From: Mytilus californianus
Lineage: Eukaryota
Length of the DNA stretch: 64,000 bases
Reading direction: 5' to 3'
Assembly (NCBI RefSeq): GCF_021869535.1
Contig: NW_026262712.1
Location: 87,792,001-87,856,000, forward strand
Positions within the stretch are counted from its first letter, which is position 1, and each line of letters starts with the position of its first letter. Below are positions 24,684 through 37,895 of the stretch, piece by piece. The notes under the pieces are model-generated. The model made no database searches. It had not been told where the DNA came from and worked only from the letters and a program-made list of their open reading frames with translations. The position numbers were made by a program, and so were the translations under genes.

Positions 24684-25667
24684 CTTCAACAATGGACATA
24701 TTTTTAAAGTCAAAATCATCGATAAAAGGGAATAACTCTATTAAGTGTTAACTGACAATTTCAGTTATGTTGACGTGTTTGAAGATCTTATCCTGCTGAT
24801 AATTTTAAATCTACAAAGTTTTTTTTTTTCATTATAGCCTTCAGGATAATAGGCAAAAATGCAAAAATTGGGAAAAATCGTCATTAAAGGGGAATAACTT
24901 CAAAAAGGAGTCGACTTACGATTTCGTTCATGCTGACTTATTTGTAGATCTTGTCTTGCTGATCATTTTTGCTATTCAAAGTTTCTGTCTATCTATTGTA
25001 ATTTTTTAGATACATTTTGTAATAGACAAAAATGCCAAAAAAATGGTAAAATTCGTTGTTTAAGGGCAATAACTCCTAGTAGCAGTCGTCTGACATAAAC
25101 ATTATGTAAATCTTAGCATTTTGAACATTTTGAACCTTTCAGATTTTCTCTATTTGTTGTAGCTTTCAAGAAAATAGACAAATATTGCTTTAACCCCTAT
25201 GTTCTATTTCTAGCCATGTCGGCCATGTTTGTCGGCAGGCGCGATCATCGGAAACATTTTTTAAACTAGAAACACTAATATTGATTGTGGCCAAGTGTGG
25301 TTGAAATTGGCCATGGGCCCAGTAGTTTCAGAGGAGAAGATTTTTTTAAGATATCAATCAAAAACACAAAAAAATGGGAAAAGTCGTCATTACAGGGCAA
25401 TAACTCCAATCAGAAGTCAACCGACGATTTCGGCCATGTTGACTTATATGTAGATCTTGTTTTTCTGATAAATTTTCCTAATCAAAGTTTCTTTCTATCT
25501 ATTATAGTTTCAGAATAATATGTAAAAATTATTTAAAGGCAATAACTCCCATAAGAAGTCGTCTGACAATTTTGATGTAAAAAGACAGCAGGTAGATCTC
25601 ATTATTCTGAACATTTCTGCCTCTATCAGATTTTCTCTATACATAGCGGTTTTCAAGATAATTGAGG

Positions 25668-25905
25668 GTCCTCGGTGGCCGAGTGACTACTGTATCACTA
25701 GCCTGTCAACACTGAGGTTGTGAGTTCGACTCCTTCACGGGGCAGGTGAACTCGACACCAATCATAATTGACTAGTATTGTCAGTTTTCCTACCGTAGGT
25801 CGGTGGTTCTCTCCGGGCGTTCCGGCTTCCTCCACCAATAAAAACTGACTGCCACGAAATAGCAAAATAGTGTTGAAAATGGCGTTAAACACCAATTAAT
25901 CAATC
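25668..25905 (+). mobile_element. Full-length tRNA-head SINE
   Basis: A-box GTGGCCGAGTG, B-box GAGTTCGACTCC, core GGTCGGTGGTTCTCTCCGGGCGTTCCGGCTTCCTCCACC, tail AATTAATCAATCAA. Confidence 0.85.
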
Positions 25906-27753
25906 AAGATAATTGACAAATATTGTTTCTACCCCTATGTTCTATTTTTTGCCATCCCGGCCATATTGGATGGCAGGCGGGGTCATCGGACACATTTTTT
26001 AACAACATACCTTAATGATGATTGTGTCCAAGTTTGATTGAAATTGCCTCAGTAATTTTAGAGGAGAAGATTTTTATAAAAGCTAACGACGACGACGACA
26101 GACGATGGACGACGGCCGACGGGTGCCAAGTGATGAGAAAAGCTAAAAATGGGACATTTCAAGTTTATTGCGTCCGCAAATTCACAATGTGGGATTCAGT
26201 TTTCATATTGTTCTAGACACCCAAAGCAGGATTCGAGTTAATAGTTCTGGACATATTTTATTTTTCAAGAATCTTAGTTTAACACAGAGCAAAACAAAAT
26301 CATAATATTTGCATGCATCTATCACACGGTGCATCACGAAATGGTAAGCGCATTAAAGATCGTCTTTTCGTTGGGAAATAGTGTATAATTCTTTGTTAGA
26401 CAATATCTATAATTATTTGGTGATACACAGTTTAATGACAAACATATAACATTTAAAGAAAGACATTTCGAGGCCTTTATAGCTTGCTTTTGTTCATAAT
26501 TGAAGGCCGTACGATGACCTATACTTGCTAACTTCCACCTCATTTGGTCTCTAGTGGAGAGTTGTCTCATTCGCAAACATACTACATCTTCTATTTTTTA
26601 TAAAGACACTTGAAAAGAAAATCAACTGTATCAGGTATACATACGCGTACTGTAACATTTAAATACTAAGAAAAAGAGTTTTACAGGATGACGTACGATA
26701 ATTTCGTTAGATATACAGTTTAAAACAATACTTACATGATTATAACGGAACTGCAAATTAAAAACACGAACCGAATCTTTATTTTGCAATATCCATTGAT
26801 ATAATCCGTCTAGGAATTCCTCAAATGGTAGATAGAGAATAATCAGAGGGATACTAATAACCAGTTGTCCCCATTTTCAGCAAATAAATTGTAAGAGACT
26901 AAAATTATCTAAATCCGAGTGTTAATTGTTTCAATTATCGAATTCTGTTGACATTTTGATTTGAATAAAAAACATTGGAATTGATATTTAATGAGAAATA
27001 GAAATATAAGTTTTGGCAAATGAAGTTGTGAAACTATTGGAAACATAAATGTACCTTAGTCTGATATCTTTGATAGCATCTATATTGAAACCGTTTGACA
27101 GTTTTCCTGCAGAACAATTTCATTCCGTTAAGTATCAAACCATTATTTAACTTGACTAGTAAGACCGCCGGTGCCCGATGCAAAGCAGGATATGCACATA
27201 CCACTCCAGAGCACCTGATATAATTCGGTTTAAAATAACGATTGCAATCAGAATTCAAATACAGTACTGCTATTCCTATTCCAATGGAAGACTCGTGAAA
27301 ATGTTTAGAATAAAACATTTGAAATATATAAGTATTTTAAAAATTCGACTAGGATTGTGCAACGTTGTGGACAATGACTCCGATCTTCAACCGTGGAATT
27401 GTTAACAGACGTCATCCAATCAAGCAAGGGATTGTCGGCTGCCGTCATTCAATCAAGCGTGGGATTGACGGTAGACGTCATCCTATCAAACGTGGCGTTT
27501 AATGTAATTGCTTTAAAATGGTAGTTTGTATTGTTTAAGCTTTAATGTCAGTTTTCTGCATTTTTCATTTTTCATTGATTCTCGACTTTTTTTTTATTTG
27601 CTTTGTATATTAATTTTCAATCGGGTTCCGGTTTCTGATTTCCATTTTGAGTGCAGTTTTAGCAGCAACTTCTGCAAATACAGATATTTGCAACTGCTTG
27701 TATTAGCATATGAGATAGCAGTAAAACTACAATGATTTAAAAAAATATTCTTA

Positions 27754-28505
27754 ATCAAGAGTGTACACGCTGAAATGTCTCGCCTGCTTTACTGACCATG
27801 GAATTTATTTTGAAAGTCTTAAAGGATTTACTACAAGTATCATATAAACTTAACTTTTTCAAATATCCATGGCAATAAGATCATGGTCAGATAAATCCTG
27901 TCAGCCAGACATGTTCACCTTACAATTATTCAATATATCAATTATAGTTGACCTATTGTTTATGGTAATAGAAAAAAATACCAAAAAAATAATAAAATTA
28001 ACATTGACCAATGAACCAAGAAAATGAGGTCAAGGTAAGATGAAACTTGCCAGACTGACATGTATCCCTTACAATAACTCCATACACCACATATAGTTGA
28101 CCTACTGCTTGTCTTGTAGTATCTGAGAAACGGACCTAATCATGTAACTTTAACCTTGATCACTAATCCATGAAATGAGGGCGAGGTCATGTGAACTCTG
28201 TCTGACGGACATGTAGATGTTGCAAGGAACCCACATACCAAATATAGATATCCTATTACTCAGATTGAGTGAGAAATTCACATGACAAAATTACTATAAT
28301 ATTTTTTTCGCTGAACCATGAAAATGAGGTCAAGAACAATGGACATATGAGACAGACGGAAACTTCGTAACATAAGGTATCTGCATACAAGGTATGAAGC
28401 ATCCAGGTCTTCTACCTTCTGAAATATCAAGCTTTATACAAATAGTTTACACCGCCGCCGCCAGATAGTGATCCCTATGTCTCGCTTACTACGACTTTCG
28501 TCACA
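27754..28505 (+). mobile_element. Second copy of the Helentron-type element at 19541-20756
   Basis: Same 5' (CAAGAGTGTACACGCTGAAATGTCTCGCC), internal repeats and 3' (GCCGCCGCC..ATCCCTATGTCTCGC) modules. Confidence 0.75.
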
Positions 28506-28904
28506 CTATTTTTGTTTTATATAAAGCATTTCTAAATCGATATCGTATAAGCTTTCGTTATTAAAAGTCCACTTTTGCGAATCACATGATTCAACGTGCG
28601 TCCCTTATGCAAATCTTTAATGAGAAAGACCAGTAGATTAACATAAGTATTAAACCATTCATATATTGCTTTGATGGTATCGAGCGTATTAAGCTGTACC
28701 ACATTCTTAACAAGCAGAACTTATATCATAAGAAATTACTAGTTATTTATGATATCATTGGGAATAAGGTCTACAGAATTTAGACAGATTTCAAATGATA
28801 GATTGATTAAAGTACCAGGTCACATCAGAGCGAATAAACTGGAGGTTCGGTTTCTGACCTTAGTTTGGTACTATTAGAAAGCAATGTACTGGAATGTTGT
28901 GTAT

Positions 28905-29240
28905 ATGAAAATAAGGAGATGTGGAATAATAGCCAGCGAGACAACTGTCCACCAAAGACCAAATGACGAAAATTTAAACAACTATAGGGCACTGTACGGC
29001 CTTCATTAAAGATTACAAAAACTCATATAGCATAATAAGCTATAAATTCAAAGGCCCCGACATGACAAAATGTGAATAGAGAAAATCAACGGCCCAATTT
29101 ATGCTAAACAGGTAAAAGAAAAACGTACATGGCAGACAACAATCAATGACTACCACTGAATTATAGTAAGTCCTAACTTTGGGAAGGATAAGGAATGTGG
29201 CGCGGTTTTTGAGCTCTCACCCTTCCCCTAACCTGTGGAA
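28905..29240 (-). mobile_element. Degenerate M1-family copy
   Basis: Reverse-complement tail AAATAAGGAGATGTGG..GAGACAACTGTCCACC..CTGTACGGCCTTCA. Confidence 0.7.
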
Positions 29241-29673
29241 TAATATATATATGTATAAGTACAAATTTGACTATAAATGCCTTGCATACTTGTTTATGGT
29301 ATATATGAAGAAGATTTATATTAAAATATAACACATTCAATAGAAGAATTTGGTCCATTGCTTTATACCTACTATGAAGACTTTGTTCTGCCTACTTGAA
29401 ATTGTCTACATTTGATCTATTCAACTAAAGAAAACATCGATATCGCGACAGCGAAAACTGTACACTATGGAAGGGGTTCTGTCAAGAGGAGAGGTTTCAA
29501 TGTAAAGTGAATAGAATGTCCAAGACACTAACTACTCAGTTCAGAAATGAACCTGTCCTATTTCAAAACAAAAACAAAAACATGAGACACGTCGTATTCT
29601 TTTTAAAGTACTATTTCATTGTTAATATAAACCATGTAAAATTTAATCAAAGAAAACAGGCTTATAATTTTGT

Positions 29674-29843
29674 ACGCCTGACGCGCGATTCGACTACTAA
29701 AATTCATCAGTGGTGCTCGAATTTACACATATGGGAGGCCAACTCAAATACGAAGTTGTAGAGCTTTAAATATCGGAAACGTACGATACCAATTCCCACG
29801 CGCATGACACGTGTTTCTGGAATAATTTCCATCAGGAACGCTC
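29674..29843 (-). ncRNA. Two adjacent degenerate hammerhead motifs (29674-29718 and 29800-29843)
   Basis: - strand: GAGCACCA-CTGATGA-ATT..GTC-GAAT-C(gcgc)G-TC/AGGCGT and GAGCGTTC-CTGATGG-..TCCA-GAAA-C(acgt)G-TC/ATGCGC. Each has core substitutions. Confidence 0.7.
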
Positions 29844-32210
29844 TAGAACAAAACTAAGGAGGATAGATATAGCATAAACAACACATGACCCTAAGCAGAA
29901 TAGCTTCCATCAGGTACGCTCTAGAACAAACCTTAAGGAGGATAGATACAGCATAAACAACACATGGCCATAAGCAGAACAGCTTCCATCAGGTACGCTC
30001 TAGAACAAACCTTAAGGAAGACAGATATAGCATAAACAACACATGGTCATCAGCAGAACAGCTTCCATCAGGTACGCTCTAGAACAAAACTAAAGGAAGA
30101 CAGATATAGCATCAACAACACATGGCCATAAGCAGAACAGCTTCCATCAGGTACGCTCTAGAACAAAACTAAAGGAGGACAGATACAGCATAAACAACAC
30201 ATGGCCATAAGCAGAACAGCTTTCATCAGGTAAGCTCTAGAACAAGACTTAAGGAGGACAGATATAGCATCAACAACACATAGCCATCAGCAGAACAGTT
30301 TCCATCAGGTCCGCTCTAGAACAAAACTAGAGGAGGACAGATATAGCATCAACAACACATGGCCATCAGCAGAACAGCTTCCATCAGGTACGCTCTAGAA
30401 CAAAACTAAAGGAGGACAGATACAGCATAAACAACACATGGCCATAAGCAGTACAGCTTCCATCAGGTACGCTCTAGAACAAAACTTAAGGAGGACAGAT
30501 ACAGCATCAACAACACATGGCCATAAGCAGAACAGATTCCATCAGGTACGCTCTAGAACAAACCTTAAGGAGGACAGATATAGCATAAACAATACATGGC
30601 CCTAAGCAGAAAAGCTTCCATCAGGTACGCTATAGAACAAAATTTAAGGAGGACAGGTATAGCATAAACAACACATGGCCCTAAGCAGAATAGCTTCCAT
30701 CAGGTACGTTCAAGAACAAAACAACTTAAGTAGGAAAGATACAGCATAAATAACGCATGGCCATAGGCAGAATAGCTTCCATCAGGTACGCTCTAAAACA
30801 AAACTAAAGGAGGACAGATACAGCATCAACAACACATGGTCATCAGCAGAACAGCTTCCATCAGGTACGCTCTAGAATAAAACTAAAGGAGGACAGATAT
30901 AGCATAAACAACACATGGCCATAAGCAGAACAGCTTCCATCGGGTACGCTCTAGAACAAAACTTAAGGAGGACAGATATAGCATAAAAACCACATGGCCC
31001 TAAGCAGAACAGCTTCCATCAGGTACTCTCTAGAACAAAACTTGAGGAGGACAGATATAGCATAAACAACACATGGCCATAAGCAGAATAGCTTCCATCA
31101 GGTACGCTCTAGAACAAAACTTAAAGAGGACAGGTATAGCATAAACAACACATGGCCCTTAGCAGAATAGCTTCCATCAGGTACGTTCAAGAACAAAACA
31201 ACTTAAGTAGGATAGATACAGCATAAATAAGTCATGGCCATAAGCAGAATAGCTTCCATTAGGTACGCTCTAGAACAAAACTAAAGGAGGACAGATACAG
31301 CATAAACAACACATGGCCATAAGCAGAAAAGCTTCCATCAGGTACGCTCTAGAACAAAACAACTTAAGTAGGATAGATACAGCATAAATAACGCATGGCC
31401 ATAAGCAGAATAGCTTCCATCAGGTACGCTCTAGAACAAAACTTAAGGAGGACAGATATAGCATCAACAACACATGGCAATAAGCAGAACAGCTTTCATC
31501 AAGTACGCTCTAGAACAAGACTTAAGGAGGACAGATACAGCATCAACAACACATGGCCATAAGCAGAACAGCTTCCATCAGGTACGCTCTAGAACAAAAC
31601 TAAAGGAGGACAGATACAGCATAAACAACACATGGCCATAAGCAGTACAGCTTCCATCAGGTACGCTCTAGAACAAAACTTAAGGAGGACAGATATAGCA
31701 TAAACAACACATGGCCATAAGCAGAATAGCTTCCATCAGGTACTATCTAGAACAAAACTTAAGGAGGACAGATATAGCATAAACAACACATGGCCATAAG
31801 CAGAATAGCTTCCATCGGGTACGCTCTAGAACAAACCTTAAGGAGGACAGATATAGCATAAACAACACATGGCCCTAAGCAGAATAGCTTCCATCAGGTA
31901 CGCTCTAGAACAAAACTAAAGGAGGCCAGGTATAGCATAAACAACACATGGCCCTAAGCAGAATAGCTTCCATCAGGTACGTTCAAGAACAAAACAACTT
32001 AAGTAGGATAGATACAGCATAAATAACGCATGGCCATAAGCAGAATAGTTTCCATCAGGTACGCTCTAGAACAAAACTTAAGGACAGATATATAGCATAA
32101 ACAACACATGGCCCTAAGCAGAATAGCTTCCATCAGGTACGTTCAAGAACAAAACTTGAGGAGGACAGATATAGCTTAAACACCACATGGTCATAAGCAG
32201 AACAGCTTAC
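29827..32210. repeat. Tandem satellite, 79-bp unit (occasional 82-bp variants), ~30 copies
   Basis: TTCCATCAGGTACGCTCTAGAAC.. recurs every 79 bp. 82-bp variants with an extra AAC occur near 30716, 31195, 31355 and 31990. Confidence 0.97.
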
Positions 32211-34519
32211 CCTTGCATTAGAGAGCTGTAACCCTGGTTATTTGGTACAATTATATATTATATTGATTGAAAACCAAAATACCACAATATTTATAGTGCT
32301 TTCACTTAAAGAATGGTAGGAAATCTTCCGTAAACCCTGAACTCATCCTCAACTTCGGTAAAAATTGGTGTTGTGCATCTTTCATCGATTTATTTTTCCT
32401 TGCCATGGCGATTGTTTGTCGTCTTTGACTAATGGTTTTTTATAACGTCCTTTGTATCTTATCTTTTTAAACATCGCAACCTCAAAGCTTCGGCAGCTTC
32501 AAATTCTAGTTGTACACGAATATGTGATGCCAGCAACATAAGGATTCCACAAGAGACAACCAAACAGCTAAACAATAAAACAATATTTGAAAATTACATG
32601 TATCATGTTATTGTCCGCTCGGATCAGTTTAGTTACTCATGATGAAGGTATTGTGATTAATAAACTTCCATTGGGACAATAGTATTTACTTCAACATTGG
32701 TTATATCCTCGCCTGCGACTCGACTATTATCATTTTTCAGTCAATACTACTGTTTCTTGTGTAGTCTATATATCACATTAATAATGCATACCCTTTTCGT
32801 AAGAAAGAGGTATCAGTACTATACCTATGGTCAGAACTCGAAAATCCATTCTTAGTATAACTAGTCAAGATAAGCAAAATTGAGGGAATCGTAGTAATTC
32901 TAGAAGGAGTAAGCCGGGTGCGACGACAGGGTGAGCGTCACCTGCAATGCATGCATCTCCCGTCATGCGAACCCATACTAATTCAGCCAAAACGTCAAAA
33001 TAGCAAATATGATTCAATCAGGAAGTTGAGACGACTTTCTGGTGTTTCAAGATCTAAGTCCGCAAAAATGTAGCTTGCGAGGTGATACACAATTTTGATT
33101 TTAAAATCTCTAAAACCGTGTCATTGCTATGATACAGGTATTTTAAGTCTGACATTCATACTACAACTTTTTTAGTTAAACATACTGCTCGTTGTTTCAA
33201 AAATCGTGAAAATGTTTGGCTTTAACCACGTGTATGGGACTTCATGCGAGTATCTAAAGTGGAGTTATATTTGCCTAGAGAACCAACACAAATAGTTAAC
33301 TGGCAGCTCGCATTACTCAATCAGTAATTTAAATAGCGACTGTGTGTATAAATGTTCATCTTTTCTTGTTGGTCCGTACAGCAGCTGTTATTAAAAATTT
33401 TATTTGACACGTATTATCCTCTATATTTCGTTTCATTCCCCTTTTATCCTCGACTATTTATCATATGAATTAAATGAGATTTAGAGTTTACGTCAATGAG
33501 ATAACAACCCAACGACACGAATAACCATACGACAAACACATTATCGTTAACACTATAGTTTTACAAGTTTACACTTCAACAAGATATAAATGCACATACT
33601 TTAAAAAATTAGAGTGAGCACTGTATAATAACGTGTTCTTTTATTTCAGATGATGTCCATGACAATACATGTGCAGAAAATACTTCGAATAAAGCTCAAG
33701 ACCGGTTTCTTATTTGTGGCAAATGCGAGATAACTCTGAACTACAACACAACAATAAAGTACAACGTAATTTGTGTTCATACAATTTTTTAGTTACAAAT
33801 ATTTGTTTAAGACACAGGTTATATGTACTTTTTTCATTTTAAGAGTTAGTTTTCTATCTAATTGCTAATTTCAATCTCATCAAAGTTAAAGACTTGACGA
33901 TTCCGTGAGATTGTCTTTTTGTGAATAGTTCTGATGATTAGAAACGACTGATAGACTAAGTGAGTTTTATGTGCATATTCTTCATTATTCGGTCCAAGAC
34001 ATGTTTGGTTATCAAAGACTTTCATGAAGTATCATCTCAGCCGACGATTGGAGCCAATCTAATGTTGTCCAAAGGTGTGATTAGATAAAGGACACAAGTA
34101 AAAGCGTCTTTCTTTTGAAAAAAAAAATGTGTAATCGTCTTTTTATTCACAGGAGATAATTGTCTTGTGCATTCAATTCCTTTCGTACTTTTCATGAGAC
34201 AAACACGACCATGGTTGATTCAGGTTTGGTTTTAATGCTGTCATCAGAATATTTAATATTGTTTAAATTGTCACCTGGTTTTAGTCAGTTAGGACTTGCG
34301 CACAACTAACCGTTAATGTTTCTCGTTTTCAAATGTATTTGTTTTTTATCTGAATCGCTGCCTACGTTTGTTCTGCATGTGGAATTTTGTAGAAGACGTC
34401 ACCAAACTTTCCGGAACGTCGAAAACCAATTTTCCTGCAAACTATGAGGCCAATTTGCGTACCAAATTTTAATCACACCTTCGTGTCTCGAGTGTTTTGT
34501 TAGTTGTTTTGTGCTTTGT

Positions 34520-34920
34520 ATCAATGTATAAATGAATCAAGCCCTTTTCAACTGATTTTTATAGTTTGTTCTTATGTTGTGCTGTAACACCAATGTCGCA
34601 GGTTATGGGAGGTTTTGGTGCACGTAAACATGTCTAACCCCGCCACATTCTTTATGTGCCTGACTTGAGTCCGGAGCCTGTAATTTACTGGTTGTCATAT
34701 TTGAAATTTGTGTTTCATTTTGTACTTAAATCATGCCGTTGGTTTTCTCGCTTTACATTTTTTCATATCGGAGCCGTTTTATATATAGCTTGCTATGCGG
34801 TACGAGTTTTCCTCACGGTTGAAGGCCGCACGGTGACATTTTGTTGCTAACATCTACGTGATTGGTCTCTGGTGGATAGATGTCTCATTGGCAATCATAC
34901 CACATCTTCTTATTTTATAT
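34520..34920 (+). mobile_element. M1-family copy
   Basis: Colinear with 175-555 and with the reverse complement of 37310-37720. Confidence 0.85.
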
Positions 34921-35204
34921 AACGCATACTTTTATTTATTTATTTCACAATGTAGTGAGAGTCAAATCATTTGTCATTTCAAAATATTGGAATAATGACA
35001 ATACAAAAATTGCTTAATCAATTTGGGAAAGTCTTTCATTTTTGACAGGGCATTCGAAATTTCAATCCAATTTTAAGGTAAATGAAATTGGTAGCGTTTA
35101 AATTCAATTTTCCTCTATTGTGCATTTAGGAGTGCTTTAAAATATAATGAATCGACTAAAAGATTGCCATGATGTACATTGTAGCCTCCTTTCGACTACT
35201 CTTA

Positions 35205-35540
35205 TGGCGCACAATAACATATACATGTAAATTAAGATATTAACTCTCACAACGTAAAATAAAATAATGTAGATTAAGATATTAACTCTCATGGCGTTAA
35301 AAAAACACACCTGTAGTTTAAGATATTAACTCTCATGGCGTACAATAACATACATGCAATTTAAGATATTAACTCTCATGGCGACCAATAACATACATGT
35401 CGTTTAAGATATCAACTCTCATGGCGTACAATACCATACATGTAATTTAAGATATCAACTCTCATGGCGTACAATAACATACATGTAATTTAAGATATTA
35501 ACTCTCATGGCGACCAATAACATACATGTTGTTTAATATA
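35205..35540. repeat. Minisatellite, 43-bp unit, ~7 copies
   Basis: TTAAGATATTAACTCTCATGGCG.. at 35361 and 35404 (period 43). Confidence 0.9.
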
Positions 35541-35719
35541 TTTAACAGTATAGTGTAGAAAAATATAAACTAACCATTTTAACCCAGTTGAAGTATCAAA
35601 TTCTTATCGAGTCTTGATTTAACATGTATGCGATTCGTTTAGTATCCTACAATCTGGAGGGTGCAATTCGTTTGCCTTTGCACTTTTGATTTCATTACAT
35701 TGCACTGCAAAATAGCTGT

Positions 35720-36885
35720 TTATATTTTGTGTGCTTTATTTACAAAGACCGCTATTTCTTTTATAATTAACCACCATTGTTGACTCTTTGTAAAAGTTAC
35801 TTTCAGACAAGTCACCATAAATGTATCTAATTTCTTTTCTAAATTATCTGCTAATAAAGTTCCGTTTTCTGAATAACCCAAAAATATGTTGTTAAAACAC
35901 TCTATTCGGTTGTCACCTGATATCTTTACGCTTAAACATGCATCTAATCGAGCATTCTCTATCTTATCTGTAGGGTGTTGTTGAGACCCTGATAAAATGA
36001 CAACTTTTTCTAAATTTTGCGGTTCATCAAATAAAACATGAACTGTGTCATCAACAACAGGGGCAGATTGAGCCCAAAAGTATCCATCGATTTTAGAGTA
36101 TGCTAAATCTGGCAAAAAGTCTGGTGAAATTTTCAACGTCGTAAGAACTTTAGCAGGTGGGTTATCCCCATGTAAGGTCTTTTTAATGTCATCGAAAAAT
36201 TTGTCCTTTAAAGGTTGTATTTTACCTGGCAATGAAGAATGAAATCCAACGTGTTGAAAAAGTGTCGGGCGTCTTATTATGCGGCTTCCTTGTAAATTCA
36301 AAATGTTGAAATATAAAAATGTATAGTCAACAGGTTGTTCTTCATAAAAAAGCAGTACCGTTTTAGCAAGTTTTTCTAAATATTTTGAATGGTAAACTTT
36401 ACCAATGAAGCCTAATTCCGAAAATTCTAAACAGGTCCAGTCTGTCTTTTGTGCTTCAATAAACTCTTTTATAACATTTAGATATCCGGGCACAGTAAAA
36501 ATGTCATCTTCCATCTGCATGTAATATTTTGATAGCTCTTTGCTATACAGCCATAAAAAGGCATAGTCGACATTTTGTTTTGACCGCCATTTTCTTTTTG
36601 CTATACTATCGTTGTATGTATGGTGCAGATTGTCTAACGACGGGTAAAACTCTGTTGGTGCTTCTATTATCTGTAAAGTTCCATCTAGCACTATTTTTGA
36701 ATATCTTTGTTCAATTATGTTTGCCATTTCATATTTCCATGTTGCATTGAAATCTGCTAAAAAGATGACAATAAAAATGTTCGGTATATTTTCTTTATAA
36801 GTGCAGTTTAAAAGTGAATCCAGTGTTTCCAAAAAATAGTTTGAATGTTGTCGTCGGACTGTAGGAATGCCTATTGTCAGAAATC
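35720..36885 (-). CDS. MGAT4C: Alpha-1,3-mannosyl-glycoprotein 4-beta-N-acetylglucosaminyltransferase C-like (GT54), catalytic + C-terminal lectin-domain exon
   Basis: The open frame extends upstream of the ORF call to the acceptor TGTTTTACAG (36886-36887). It reads FLTIGIPTVRR..YFLETLDSL..YYMQMEDD..LEFSELGFIGK..PVD..PTLFQHVG..GDNPPA..YFWA..SG..HPTD, all characteristic MGAT4-family motifs, with no stops. Confidence 0.92.
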
Positions 36886-37309
36886 CTGTAAAACATATTT
36901 TAATCTCAGTTTATAAACGTACGTTCTGGCAATAAAACAGCTACTAATGTAAATTCATAGAAATAAAATTGATCTAGAACTGCTGCATTACATCTTAATA
37001 AAATTGTCATGATTTTGACGTCTTTTACATATTGGTCTACAATTCAGGGTTTTTATTTTTTTCTTCTAAATTCCATAGTTATATTTATGTCAACATTGAA
37101 TTAACCTTTACACCGAAGTACCCAGTACACCAACTTTTTTAATCATTTTTTTTCTTGTAATGTACTTCGGTATATAAGTAATGTTGACTTTTGCCAATCC
37201 TGATCTACTTTTAAGACAAACTTAAGGGACGACCATTTTATATTCTGGGGGCCAGGAGGATTTTTTTTCTTTCGGATTGATCATTTATTTTCATCTGTTG
37301 CTAAATATC

Positions 37310-37895
37310 ACAATAAGATGTGGTATAATTGCCAATGAGACAACTCTCCACAAGAGACCCAATGACACAGAAATTAACAAGTATAGGTCACCCTACGCGT
37401 ACGGCCTTCAACAATGAGTAAAACCCATACCGCATAGTCAGCTATAAAAGGCCCCGAAATGACAAATGTAAAACAATTCAAACGAGAAAACTAACGGCCT
37501 AATTTATGTACAAAATAATGAACGAAAAACAAATATGATACACAGAAACAAACGACAACCACTGAATTACAGGCTCCTGACTTGGGACAGGCACATACAG
37601 AATGTGGCGGGGTTAAACATGTTAGCGGGCGCCCAACTCTCCCCCTAACCTGGGACAGTGGTGTAACAGTACAATATAAGAACAAACTATAAAAATCAGT
37701 TGAAAAAGGCTTAACTTATTAGATGGATACAAACAGAAATACATATAACAAAAACACAGAGTGGACGTGGCAGGGTACTTGTACATCCCCACAACAAAAA
37801 GACTCTAAGTACAGATCTGAGAGTACTCGCAGTTACTGGCAGCTAGTTCAAAGCCAATAACAACTAATAAAAAAAACATGCATCTAATACTAAAA
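37310..37895 (-). mobile_element. Longest M1-family copy, in an intron of (or interrupting) the MGAT4C-like gene
   Basis: Contains all M1 modules plus an upstream GTACAGATCTGAGAGTACTCGCAG segment. Confidence 0.85.

Larger units (their letters stand above)
23298..26150 (+). mobile_element. Helentron-type non-autonomous element with BIV160/Cg170-like satellite units, interrupted by two younger insertions
   Basis: 5' AAAGAGCCTGTGTCGCTCGCCTG. Internal repeats include CCCTATGTTCTATTT..GGCCAT..TTGGATGGCAGGCG, followed by a (GAC)n tract near 26087-26115 and a collapsed end AAAGCTAAAAA. Family assignment is from recall. Confidence 0.6.

Noticed and set aside
25668-25745. Possible tRNA gene
   Set aside because: It has A/B boxes but no convincing cloverleaf, and it continues into a SINE core and (AATC)n tail.
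29827-32210. CRISPR-like appearance of the 79-bp array (and of the 80-bp array at 46485-47420)
   Set aside because: Whole units repeat with no unique spacers, there are no cas genes, and the context is eukaryotic.
37089-37200. Possible middle (stem) exon of the MGAT4C-like gene (LAKVNITYIPKYITRKK..)
   Set aside because: The NITY resemblance to MGAT4C stems is tempting. However, the frame hits TAA before the best donor, and the segment is itself an inverted repeat (GTCAACATT..ACCGAAGTAC / GTACTTCGGT..AATGTTGAC), more like a small MITE. RNA-seq could overturn this.
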